From Catajapyx aquilonaris (lineage: Eukaryota), in assembly GCA_000934665.2 (NCBI GenBank), contig JYFJ02003557.1, positions 1 to 40,206 on the forward strand: a stretch of DNA of 40,206 bases. The letters are read 5' to 3'. This document shows positions 12,171 through 22,897 of the stretch, in pieces; position 1 is the first letter of the stretch; each line of letters opens with the position of its first letter. The notes beneath the pieces were generated by a model. It worked only from the letters and a program-made list of their open reading frames with translations. It ran no database searches and was not told the origin of the DNA. The position numbers and the translations under genes are program-made.

Positions 12171-12492
12171 TACTCTTTTTACTATATCGGGGCTACTATG
12201 CCAAATATAACAGCTGTGCAAAGAAGCCATGCCTGCAGTCCAGAAGCAAACAACTTCCATAGGATGACTTTTAAGACAAACCTCCCTCGAAAAATGATCT
12301 TGCATATGGCCCTGACTGTCCCTCTCCCAAAGCAAACTAGGAGGCACCCTGAACTGATTAGCAGGCTTGAGAACAGACTCACCCTCTGGTGGTTCTCAGT
12401 TAAGAAAATAATTTCTCAGGAGGCTGTTACACTGTAATTGTGCCAAACTGCTGAAAAATGTGTCATAACCATCACAACAAAGCCTAGCTTAC

Positions 12493-12810
12493 CTTGTGGC
12501 TCTCTAGATTATAAGAGGTGGAGAAGTTCTTCCCACAGGTCTCACACACATGGTCCTTCTGGCCTGTGTGGACCCTCCTGTGTGCTTGGAGGTGATAGGC
12601 TGAGAGGAACTCTTTATGACAATCCTTGCAGGTGAATGGGCGGGGACGGAATGAGTGCAGCTTCATGTGGTTCTTCAAGCTGTTTTCATATGCAAAGCTC
12701 TTCTCACAGGTGGTGCACTTGTGAGGACGAATACCAGCATGGGCATTCAAGTGCTCCTCCAGGAGCTTGCGGGAGGTGAAGGTCTTGCCACATTGTTCAC
12801 ATGAATGGAT
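12493..12810 (-). CDS. Gene B coding exon 4: C2H2 fingers 4-6 and most of finger 7
   Basis: Acceptor cctttctcAG|ATC, donor AAG|GTAAGC; 318 nt, phase 0; reads IHSCEQCGKTF...LESHK and joins VVHTGERP in the next exon. Confidence 0.92.
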
Positions 12811-12845
12811 CTGAGAAAGGTAATTATTTCACTACAATTGAAATA

Positions 12846-13280
12846 CAGTGGAGCATCGATTATCCAAACAGAGTCTGCCAAGGGGGTGTTCGAATAACTG
12901 ATTGTTCGGATAACCGATCATTTACGGAAAAAAATTGTACCGGTGTCATAGGAGCAATATGAAACTAAGAAACAGTGATATTAATCACAAAACTGTACAT
13001 TTTCTGTCACAGCCACGTCTTAAAAATACTGTACATATACCTTACTGTCCTTACATGAAGTAGTCCTACAGTTTCGGGGGTGGGTGGGTGGGGGTGGGGG
13101 GGAAATGCCAATTTCTTTTGCTTGAGAGCCGAGGCTCGTTTCTTTGGCGGCTAAATCTGCAGCGCCACAGGACTAGCGACCACTAGCGGAACCACATAGT
13201 ATGGTTTTTTTGCCGACCTGAAAACGTTCGGTTAACTGATGGTTCGGTTGATCGGTGTTCGGATAATTGATGCTCCACTG
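12846..13280. mobile_element. pogo/Tigger-like MITE in a gene B intron
   Basis: TIR CAGTGGAGCATCRATTATCC (20 bp, one mismatch), TA TSD, subterminal TTCGGATAA repeats. Confidence 0.9.
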
Positions 13281-13617
13281 TATTTACTTTTTGTATTGCA
13301 ACATATCAAATGTGTTTTCTCTTACACCTGCACATAAGGGGACAGCAATAATGTCAAAAACTCTGGCAGTCTCGCTCATCACACTTTACATGAGCAATGC
13401 ATATGACTTGCTGTGACTTTTGCACTTAAAAAGTATTATACTTGAATCTCCACAAGTGCTTCTAACTTCATGTTGAAAATGATTTCACATCAACACTGGG
13501 GTGATCAGGATATGAACTCACTTTTTCTGATTCAAGTCTTAATAAAAACCTTCATAAACAGAAGATGCAATTTGTCTCATGCCACATCTCTCAAATCCTC
13601 CTCCATCCACAACGTAC

Positions 13618-13794
13618 CTTCATCATGTGAAATTTAACATGGTCTCGGAACTTCTTTTGTGTAATAAATGCCTTTGGACAGGCATCACACACAAACTGGG
13701 GCCCCTGAGTGTCAGTGGTAACATGCATGTCCATGTGAGATACTATGTCAGGTTTCTTGTCAAATTCCTGCAAGCACACATCACATGTGAAGAC
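13618..13794 (-). CDS. Gene B coding exon 3: C2H2 fingers 2-3
   Basis: Acceptor ctttcAG|GTC, donor AAG|GTACGT; 177 nt, phase 0; CDVCLQEF...HMDMH and CDACPKAF...HVKFH. Confidence 0.9.
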
Positions 13795-13995
13795 CTGAAA
13801 GAGTAAAAACAGGTGTGTATTTTTACAAATGATCCAAAATAGGATCACACATCAGTTACAAGCTTATAAGGGTTGGCATGGAAATTATAAACAATATTTA
13901 CTACTGAAGCATTTGAGTAACTGTCACAAGCAAAAGTCACGTACCGTGCAACAACCTGCACACAATTATGTTGGCAAATATTACTAAAATCAGAA

Positions 13996-14289
13996 AGAGT
14001 AGGCCTTACTGGCGTGCGGGAGGCGGCAGGGTGAGTGGTCGCTGGGGGCAGATTGACTGTGTCGCAAAGGGAAGGATGCAAGGATTGATTTTTTGGATTT
14101 TGGAAGGGGTATGCTGTACCAACCTAAACTAACCAAACCTAACCTTCCTTCCTTGCGGATACAGACCTATCCTCAGCCATACAGACCTATCTTCAGCGGA
14201 TACACGCCTATCCTTTATCCTTGCCTTTGCGACACAGCCCGCTGCCCGCACCGACTACTACCCTCCCGCACGCCAGTAAGGCCAACTCT
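13996..14289. mobile_element. MITE with 28-bp TIR and internal AACCTAA-like repeats
   Basis: AGAGTWGGCCTTACTGGCGTGCGGGAGG inverted at both ends; inner TGTGTCGCAAAGG/CCTTTGCGACACA pair; exact ends and TSD uncertain. Confidence 0.7.
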
Positions 14290-14314
14290 ATCCCTAAAAT
14301 TGATTCCTCATTAA

Positions 14315-15099
14315 CCCCTTCGGCCCCAGATCGGCCCGAACCACACAGTTTTTGGCTTACGCGTACTCCGAAGATACGGACAAGATACTTTGCAAATAAT
14401 AACAGCTATACTTACGAGATCTGGGAAAACCCTATGAATGTGTCTGGAACCATTTTACTCGTCTAGAAGTCCCTAAATTAATTTCCAAAAAAGGGCTATA
14501 ATAATTCGAAATCGGACTACTGCCGCCCAACTTTTAGGCTGATTTTATTATGAAATGCGTGAAAATATGCGGAACAACTTTGAGAACCATACCAGAGGTA
14601 TTTGCTGAAATCGTCGTCCTTTGCGAGAAATAAATTAATACTTTCTGCCGCTTTCTGGCACTTCGGAAAACTCCCTAATTTATTTGTTTCTCATGAAGTA
14701 CGACGATTTCAGAAAATTCATCTCATACTCATTTAGGAGTTTTCCTAAGTGCTAGAAAGCCGCAAATAAATATTAATTTATTTCTCGCAAAGTACAACGA
14801 TTTCAGCATATTCGTCTGGCATGGTTCTCATGGTTGTTATTCCGCATATTTTCACGCATTTCATAATAAAATCAGCCTAAAAGTTGGGCGGCAGTAGTTC
14901 AATTTCGAGTTATTAGAGCCCTTTTTTGGAAATTAATTTAGGGACTTCTAGACGAGTAAAATGGTTCCAGACACGTTCATAGGGTTTTCCCAGATCTCGT
15001 AAGTATAGCTCTTATTATTTGCAAAATATCTTGTCCGTATCTTCAGAGTACGCGTAAGCCAAAAACTGTGTGGTTCGGGCCAATCTGGGGCCGAAGGGG
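14315..15099. mobile_element. piggyBac-type palindromic MITE
   Basis: TTAA at 14311-14314 and 15100-15103; CCC...GGG termini; inverted arms of about 365 bp with a spacer of about 50 bp. Confidence 0.93.
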
Positions 15100-15182
15100 T
15101 TAAAGACACTGCCAAGTTACAATCAACAGCCAATCCAAACTTACTGCATATTTATACATCTCTTAGCAGCATAAAAACCCAC

Positions 15183-15638
15183 CTTCAAACTGTGTAAACG
15201 CAGCATATGGTCAGATAAAATCTTGGCGAAGAGGAAGCATTTGTTGCATGCATGGCACTTGAACCTGCCCTTGTTGCTGGTGAATAAGTTTTCGTAGCCC
15301 TCTGGGTCCAAGATGGACAGTTCTGGTATAGCACAGAATTCATCTAGGTCGTCGTCATCGGCAACTCCTCGCACTATCTTTTCAGCAGCAACTAGAACCT
15401 CCTCTTCATCTTCCTCAATCTCCTCTTCCTCTTCCTCCACCTCCACTTCCTCCTCCTCCTCTTCTTCCTCTTCTATCACTTCCTCTAATATTCCCACTGA
15501 TTCCTTGTCCCTTTGCAGTTCTGCTACTTCTAGATCCAGCTCGCCCCTCTCTGACTCCATGTCCTTCTCAGGCTCTGGCTCCACCTTTGTCACCATACGC
15601 TTTCCACCTTTGCGAGCCTCTGACTTCACCTGGTAGTC
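15183..15638 (-). CDS. Gene B coding exon 2: Glu/Asp-rich linker and C2H2 finger 1
   Basis: Acceptor ttgcAG|GAC, donor AAG|GTGGGT; 456 nt, phase 0 at both ends; CHACNKCFLFAKILSDHMLRLH. Confidence 0.88.
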
Positions 15639-16369
15639 CTGCAATTGATTAATTTCTGTTAATTCCATTTCTATCGTTGCTAAAGTACAACGAAATGATT
15701 AATGAACATGCTTTATCAAGTTCCATTACAGTGTGAAAAGGGAAAGGTCATAATGTTGTTGCTGGTGTTATAAAAATGTCCATGGGCCTCAACAAACACC
15801 ATTAATGGTCAACATTGTTTTGTCCTGGAAGTGTATGTCCAAAACTTGCATTTTGATATGAGGAATATGTATGGATCCAAAATGTCTGCCACTACTCCCC
15901 CCTGGCCACACAATTGGAATGACAGCTTCAGGGCAAAAGGTTATACTTAACAAATATATGCACCTAATATTTTCTCCCTCCTAAATAACATCTAAATAAG
16001 CACGATTTCCGCAAGCAGTGTTCCTTTATTGTTGGACCACCCCGTATTTTAACATTTTCAGTCGGATCACCTGGACAATATTGAATTTATAAGGTCGCAA
16101 TTCATTTACCGAGCTACTTCCTGGCATATACCATATTTGGACACCTGATAAGATAAGCATGCTGGTTCCAGAATAACAGGCAAATTCACAGATGAGTCAT
16201 CACTGGAGTTTATTACCTGCAGAATTAATTTCCATAAATAATGGAATTTCATATCAGGGTGTAGGTTACACACAGGAAAGCCTTTCTTTGGCCTAAAAAA
16301 TTGAGAAGAAAAAAGAAGTACCATAATTATACCAGGCATTATTAGCCTACACCAATGCAACATAATCAC

Positions 16370-16873
16370 CTCGTCATCATCAGCATATCGGACCTTCCTT
16401 GTGCCTCTCCCTTTCTTCTTTGGTGGAGAGAGTGGCTCTGCTGTCACTTCCACTTTAGTGCTAACAATACTGGAAACATCCGCAGGTGGGGAAGGAACAG
16501 CGACAGGGACAGGGACTGGGACAACGGTCTTCCTACAGCCAGCTCCTGTCACCTTGGAGGTGTCCTCATACTTGCATCGTAAGTCATCTTTCATAGCCTC
16601 CAGGCTGACCTCAACAGTGTCAACATCATTGAGTAGTTTAAAGCATTTCCTGCATATAAGTTCTGATCTGACTTGACCCATGTTAAGTGGCAGGCCCAGC
16701 ACAACACTCAGCTTAAGATGGATCTGCTGTCGAGAAGCTGGCATTATCAGATCAGCACAGAAGATGTTGCGGGTTCCTCGAGATGATGGGGAAACAGTTA
16801 TATTGCAGATCAAGCAACAGCTGAAAATCTGGTTTGGTTCCATCAAAATTGTGGGGGCTGCTTCCCCCATCAT
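16370..16873 (-). CDS. Gene B coding exon 1: ZAD domain plus Pro/Val-rich and basic (PKKKGRGTRK) linker
   Basis: CLIC...RNIF...ICRKCFKLLNDVD ZAD pattern. Acceptor ctttctctaccccctAG ends at 16883, 9 nt before the ATG. Donor GAG|GTGATT at 16370/16369, phase 0, 168 codons. Confidence 0.88.
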
Positions 16874-17083
16874 GCCAGTGAACTAGGGGGTAGAGAAAGT
16901 GATGTGTTTAACAGAAAGCAATAGTGTGTACTACACCTTGTAACAAAATTGATGTAGCCTATGTATTTTTCAAAACCAAATCATCAAGATTGGGAACTGC
17001 AGGTTGTTATTGCAATATCTCCAAATCCCCAGATACCCACAAATTAGAATTATGATATTATGAATCTCATGAATGTTGTTCAA

Positions 17084-17421
17084 GGGGGAGATGAAGTGGC
17101 GCCGCGGTAATGTGTGCGCCCACGGATGTTAAGGTCCCGGGATCTAATCCCGCCCGGGGACACCCCCTTCATCTGTGCAGAGTGTGGGTCGTCTCTGGCT
17201 TCGTTTCTGGGTGGAATATCCAATAGACACATCCACCCGGGGGAGTTCACAAAATGACCTAGTACAGCATATGCACTGCACTTTGCACATCCCCTCCTGT
17301 CATCCCGCCCGTGGGCCCAGGCGATTCGTAAAAAGGTTCCAAACTGTAAACAACTTGGTAAATAAAGGCTGTGCTGATGCCCGAAAGGGTGAGCACTAAC
17401 CAACAATATATTATTATTATT
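17084..17421 (+). mobile_element. tRNA-derived SINE, family 1 (tail type X)
   Basis: Homologous to 2677-3032; (ATT)n tail; TSD ATGAATGTTGTT at 17069-17080 and 17422-17433. Confidence 0.88.
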
Positions 17422-17900
17422 ATGAATGTTGTTTGAAATAAAGTGCTTCATCCGAGGCTTAATCCTTTACTTACTGCCATAAAGAAATCATGAAAAGGGG
17501 AAATGGTTTCTTGTAAAGACAAGGTCAATCAAAGCAAAAAATGATAGTTTAGTTTGGTTTATTGTCCTACTGCTAGTAAGCAGTACCACGTTCAATGATT
17601 GATAACCGTGGTAACCCATGGATGAGAAAGCTTATGGGAGAATCCTGACGAACAGGAGCAGGCTCCCCGCAGAGCCTCACAAGGAGGGTGAAAAACTTAA
17701 CCTCGTTTTTTTAGCCAAGAGTTGGAGGTACAATGCAGAACAGGCTCGGTCACCTACCCCTTGCTTGACCTTTACCCTGACATTGAATTGAGAGATTTAT
17801 ATGGCATTTAGGCTTTGCTGCTGTAATGGAACTAGAACTGGATGGATAACAGAAGATACTTTTTTGGGACCACAGGCGTGCGACATAGGGGAGACCCAGG

Positions 17901-18082
17901 CACAGTGGTCCACTTGCACATTCGAATTTTTATAAGAGCTCCTGTTATACCTACACACCCAATATTTTCCGGCATGGTGAGGAACTCATTGGTAATACAA
18001 GTGACTAATGTATTCACAGGCAATGCCATCCCTTTGGCTTAAAAATATTTTAGAAGCTGCCCTATGCAAATGGACCACTGTG
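17901..18082. mobile_element. CMC (Transib/Chapaev)-like MITE
   Basis: TIR CACAGTGGTCCAYTTGCA (18 bp, one mismatch); may extend to CACAGG at 17871 and 18093; TSD not resolved. Confidence 0.55.
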
Positions 18083-18368
18083 CGACACCTGTGCACTTTT
18101 GTCAGTTTTTTACCTTATATGCCACTATCTGGCATGCTACACTTTAAAGGCGCCATACGCATTAACTACACAACGGCGCCAAACATTGCTTGCACATCCC
18201 TATATTAGTTCTGCGAGTACTATCAGTCTACCTGGCGATTGGGTGTGAAAATTCCCTTCACCCGGTATAGCAACTGCTACTTTCAACCACCTGGGAATAA
18301 TTTGGCACTGCACTTGCCACAGGAGTTACAGTGATGTGTTCCTCTCTCGATTTTTTGGTGTTACAGTA

Positions 18369-18956
18369 CAGTGGTGCCTCATACTTTGAACTTAATTCGT
18401 TCCAGGGGGTTGTTCGAACTCTTAATTGTTGAAGTCCGAATCAATTTTTCCCATGAGAAATCATGGAAACTGAATTAATCCAGTCCAGGACCCTAAAAAA
18501 TACCCATTTCGATAAAAGTAAACAGCAAATACACATAATTTAAAGAAATCATAACACGACTGAATGCCCCAAATAATAAATTAAAACATGAAAACAATAA
18601 ATAAAATGCAATGGTGTATAATAAAATTTAAATATTGCAATTTTTGTGCAAGCGGGGAGTGGTGATGTCCCATGTGGCTGGTGGAGAGGAAGAGAGAGAT
18701 TACTGTTTGGAAGGGGAGTCACCTTCCCTTATACTTGTACATAGGCCTACTTGTACAAGTACATAACCAAACACACCAGAAAATAAAGTGCAAAAAGCAG
18801 TGAAAATACGCAAGTGAGGACTTGGGCACACAGCAGATAGAATTTATGCAGCAAGAGCATTTTTTCACTGCGCGTGCAGTTCGAACTTACAAGCATCGTT
18901 CGAACTCTGGATCAAATTTCTCTCAAATTTAGCGTTCAACGTACAAGGTCCCACTG
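18369..18956. mobile_element. pogo/Tigger-like non-autonomous element
   Basis: TIRs CAGTGGTGCCTCATACTTTGAAC and CAGTGGGACCTTGTACGTTGAAC; TA TSD; GTTCGAAC subterminal repeats. Confidence 0.8.
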
Positions 18957-19299
18957 TATTTTAAAATTTGTTAAAGATTTTTTCATTTTTTAAGGTACCA
19001 TAATTTTGAAAGGGTCGTTAATGTGGGGGCTACCTGTAAATCCAATTACAATTGCAACAAGCCTTCAAACCTCATAAATCTTCAAGATAACAGTTGCAAT
19101 CAGTTTCAGCGTAACCAAAGCATCCACTCAAGCACTACCGTACATTTGCCTCTTCACATTAAAAGCTGCATAATCACATGTGCATGGCATTGCCAGCATT
19201 GGGCCCACTGGTTGGCAGTTATTGTTCAACTATGACCTCAGCTGTCTAGCATAATCAAAATCATTTTTTATTACCCTTTATTAGTACAAAACTACATGG

Positions 19300-20620
19300 G
19301 ACACGAACCTAATCTCGATTTACAACATGGCGGTCACGAGCCAGCACAATATATTTCCTTCAGCCCTAATAAGCCACTCTCGCCACAAGTCTCATCGAAA
19401 CGGCATCACAATTTAGTAAACGTGTGCCATTACTAGGTAGCGGAGGTGGGAAAGGACAAAGGAGACTCTCTAAATGATACCAACAAAAACAAAAAAAAAT
19501 TATAGAACAAAAAAAAACTCGCCCCACCCAGGATCCCGTAACGGGACGCATAGTGGCCAGGACCACTGGAAAATTACCCAAGTTTGGCGCAATTCGGACT
19601 CCGACTTTTCCATCCCAACTTATTATTTTATGACTGGGCAAAAATCTCACCTGAACTGCTTTTCTCTGATGTTAAGTAGCAAAGACACGAGGTCGATTTT
19701 CAATGACTGCGTTGGTCTTGCTCGGTCTTGCTGCACGGATGAAACCTTGGTCGTGTTGCCGCAGTTATGGAGACGCCATCAGCTCTCAAGGCGTAAGATT
19801 AACTTGTGGCTGTAACTCGCTGTAACTACCCTTAGTTATATAAATATAAATATCAATTTAAAGTTGACAGTCAATAAAAATAATCGCGTGAGATGATTTA
19901 CGCTATTTTGATTTACTTCAACCCGCTCCTACCCTTTTTTAGCCCGGTGCAGCTTCAATATGGCAGTTGCGATGGTATGTCACTTCTATCGCACGCGCTT
20001 TTCTTATTATCACCCAAAAAAATATATTGCCGGCGTTTGATTAATTTGGATTTTGAGAGACTAGTGAATAAAAATTAGTTGTCATTTTCGCACATAAAAC
20101 AACGGTTATAAGGTCGTGCGAGACCAGGATCATCACTCGTGCTCGCTCGTGCTCCTCGTGCTCATCACATATGCGATATCGCGTCGGTGTTAGGATCTTC
20201 GCATTATTTTGTGAGTACAACTCTTAACTGCGGCAACGCGTAGGAGGAGTGCTACATGAAAACTTATTGGTCCTACTTTTCCTGGCGGAGGAGGTGGCGC
20301 CAGGAAAGGCGGGAAAGGCGAAAGTTCTGGAAAAGAAGATGGCGCATTGAGCATAGTTATTAGCTCTTGGCATTCGTTTGTAAATATTGGTATGGTTTAT
20401 TGGGGGAACTAAAGCGACTAAAGGCTGCCTGGCATAGGAGGAGAGGAGGAGAAGAGAGGTTCTGGACTGTTAGGAGAAAACGTGAGGACCCAGAGTAAAT
20501 AATGAATTTATGTGATTTCGAACAGTGTTCTTAAAGAGGTCGAAGGCGGAGGGCGTCCTTCGTTTTGTTACTCAGGCTTCTTGCTCACAATTAGCTCATT
20601 CAGCTCTTCATTATCCTTCA
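19300..20620. promoter_or_regulatory. Candidate CpG-rich bidirectional promoter and non-coding first exons for genes B (minus) and C (plus)
   Basis: Visibly CpG-dense relative to CpG-poor flanks, with no obvious TIRs. Minus-strand donor CAG|GTGAGA at 19651/19650; plus-strand donors GTGAGT (20211) and GTGAGG (20482). YY1-type AAGATGGCG at 20336-20344 and GATGGCG on minus at 19774-19780. Confidence 0.6.
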
Positions 20621-20735
20621 TCGTAACCTCAAGAAAATCTTGTGGGAACATCTCTCCTACCATACCTGTGTTACCGGTAGTGTCAATGCATAATGTAGAT
20701 ATATACGGTATTTGTCATTTTTTGTCATACATATA

Positions 20736-20862
20736 TGCCTGGTTGCACCAACAAAATTACCGGTCCGATAGCTCCTAATGGACAGATAGGTAGACCTTTT
20801 AACATGTGCTATCGGTCCGTTAGGAGCTATCGGACCGGTAATTTTGTTGGTGCAACCAGGCA
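20736..20862. mobile_element. PIF/Harbinger-like hairpin MITE (127 bp)
   Basis: 43-bp perfect inverted arms starting TGCCTGGTTGCACCAA, extending to about 54 bp with 2 mismatches; 3-bp flanking repeat ATA. Confidence 0.8.
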
Positions 20863-22005
20863 ATAATCAATTAGTTATATTGCAATATAACTATAGAGAA
20901 CTGATTGAGTGATTGATTGAACTAGAGAGCAGATTTCTAGGTTTTACTTACTTTTTATTCTGTAGGCAGCAGAATACCGGAACCAAAATATCAATCTGTT
21001 TCATAGCACAAGGAGGTGGTGGCAGACGTATTCTTTGATAAAATTAATATTAGGTAGTGTAGTGTAAGGGGTAGAGTAGTAATGTCATGGCCTTACACTC
21101 TCCAACCAGAGCAGGCATAAAAGCTTACACTGTTGATTAAATAATTGCAGTGCTTTATGGTGACAGCAGTGCTATACCAGCCATAATAAATGAGAAGGCC
21201 TATTATATTTATAATTGCACACTTGATGTCACGTGTTCCCTAGGATTTGATTTGGTTTCACAGAGGTTTTTGACGACTTTCCTTTTGGGGGGTGTCATAT
21301 ATGCTCTTACAGTCTTGTTTTTTCTTGTGGAGAGCTACCTGCACTAATTCAGCAGTCATTGACATTTGTGATGCTCAGGGCTGGCTGATTATTCCTGCCC
21401 CCCTCACTTCAACTTTCTTCTTACATTTTTACATCAATCAATCCCCATTACATTCATCTTGGGCCGTTTCTGTCCTGAAGATCCCGTTAGCTCTTCATAT
21501 GACTTACAGAATTTTGGATCTGATTGACACCGCTGCTCCACTGTGGCTAAGTATCACTGGGTGTATCTTAACTTGACCTATTATGTTGCCAATGTGGCTA
21601 CCTTTTTCGCTGATTGTTATGCTCTTGTGCTCCTATTGATTGCTTTGTTGCATATAATTGTGTAGCCTCTTTTGCTGGCCAATCTTTTGATTCGACTAAA
21701 CTGTGCTGTTGTTTACTTTCTTTTGGATTGGACTGTACCCCTTTTGATATTTTGGAAATTGGTGTATTGTTATGAGATCTCACAGTTATGAACTTTAGTT
21801 TGGATGAGTCCCTCATGCCCATTTTTACAGATTGGGACCATGAAATGAGCTACAGTGTACTCATCCTGTGCTTGGAGAAGCCACTATATCCTGTACCCTG
21901 TTTTCTGGTCTACACTGTGAAGTTGTTGTGACAGATCCTGCCTCTGTTACTCCTACCCATGCTCCTTCCCAACCTGGTTATCCAGTAGGTATACTCCCTT
22001 CTTTC

Positions 22006-22315
22006 ACCGAAGCAGTAGTGGTGTAGTGGTATGGTGTCCGACTGCTAATCGGGAGGTCCTGGGTTCGAATCCCGGAGGCCGGCGACCCTGACCCTGGTTT
22101 TCTGTGGTTTCCCATGGTCCTTGCAGGATAATTCCGGGGTCGTTACCGTAATATAGGCCACAGCCGCCTCCTTCCTTCCCTTTCCCTGCTTCATTCCGGT
22201 GATGAGAAAAATAGTAAAAATGGAAAGAGTTCCAGACAAAAAATTGGGAGAAATCCCCCCCTAGGAAAGCCCGTAGGCTGATAATGGGGTATCAAATTAT
22301 TATTATTATTATTAT
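22006..22315 (+). mobile_element. tRNA-derived SINE with Lm1/Talub-like body (tail type Y)
   Basis: A box TGGTGTAGTGG, B box GGTTCGAATCCC; body GGTTTTCTGTGGTTTCCC...AGGCCACAGCCGCCTCCTTCC; (ATT)n tail; 14-bp TSD TACTCCCTTCTTTC at 21992-22005 and 22316-22329. Confidence 0.9.
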
Positions 22316-22340
22316 TACTCCCTTCTTTCTGCCTTTTTAA

Positions 22341-22811
22341 CCCTTAACTACGTAGGTGGAGCCTGAGAGGCTCCAAGCACTATTTAAACGTATGTAACTT
22401 TTTCATTGAATTTGATTTTCCCCTGTCCTTCCGTGACTTTGTCAGAAAAACCTTCCTAAGCATGAAAAGGAAAGAAAAAAATTTTTAGTCCCTATTCTTT
22501 GGTTTAAAAAAATTCGTAACGAGGAACAGGTCCCTCCTGGAACCGCTCAGGCTCTATATCTCGTAGGTGAAGCCTGAGCGGCTCAAGCATGATGCAACCT
22601 GTTATTTAAAATTTTTTCCCTGTCAGAATATGCTGACTCGGCGTGTGATTTTTACGTTTTCGGAAGCCTAATGATCTGAACTGCACTTTCTGTATGTGAA
22701 AAGTCCAATATAACAATTTAGTTGATAAGCAGAAATTTAAATATACTGTTGGAGCCTCTCAGGCTCCACCTACGTAGTTAAAGGTGTTTCACCCACCTAC
22801 GTAGTTAAGGG
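22341..22811. mobile_element. piggyBac-type MITE with a duplicated right terminus
   Basis: TTAA at 22337-22340 and 22812-22815; TIR CCCTTAACTACGTAGGTGG; a second, inner right TIR at 22749-22784. Confidence 0.88.
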
Positions 22812-22897
22812 TTAAAAGTGCATTATCATTTCCATTGTGTGTAAACTGGCCTTTTTTGGATTGGGGGCAGGAGGGGGTGACAGAAAATTTGTTGTTA

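Noticed and set aside
14120..14146. CCTAA-like (TTAGG telomere-type) repeats, also near 3546 and 3723
   Set aside because: Short degenerate motifs inside MITEs, not an interstitial telomere array.
14221..15133. Two ORFs sharing nearly the same peptide (...PEPHSFWLTRT...GTILLV)
   Set aside because: A consequence of the palindromic piggyBac MITE, not duplicated genes; the same applies to ORF pairs 1379/1569 and 34889/36106.
15313..15636. Ser-rich plus-strand ORF (also 32618-33091, 32770-33120 and 32820-33074 on minus)
   Set aside because: Antisense shadows of the Glu/Asp-rich linker codons of genes B and C.
16583..16648. Recent gene conversion between the B and C ZADs
   Set aside because: Nine of 22 codons differ at silent sites, which is incompatible with recent DNA-level homogenisation.
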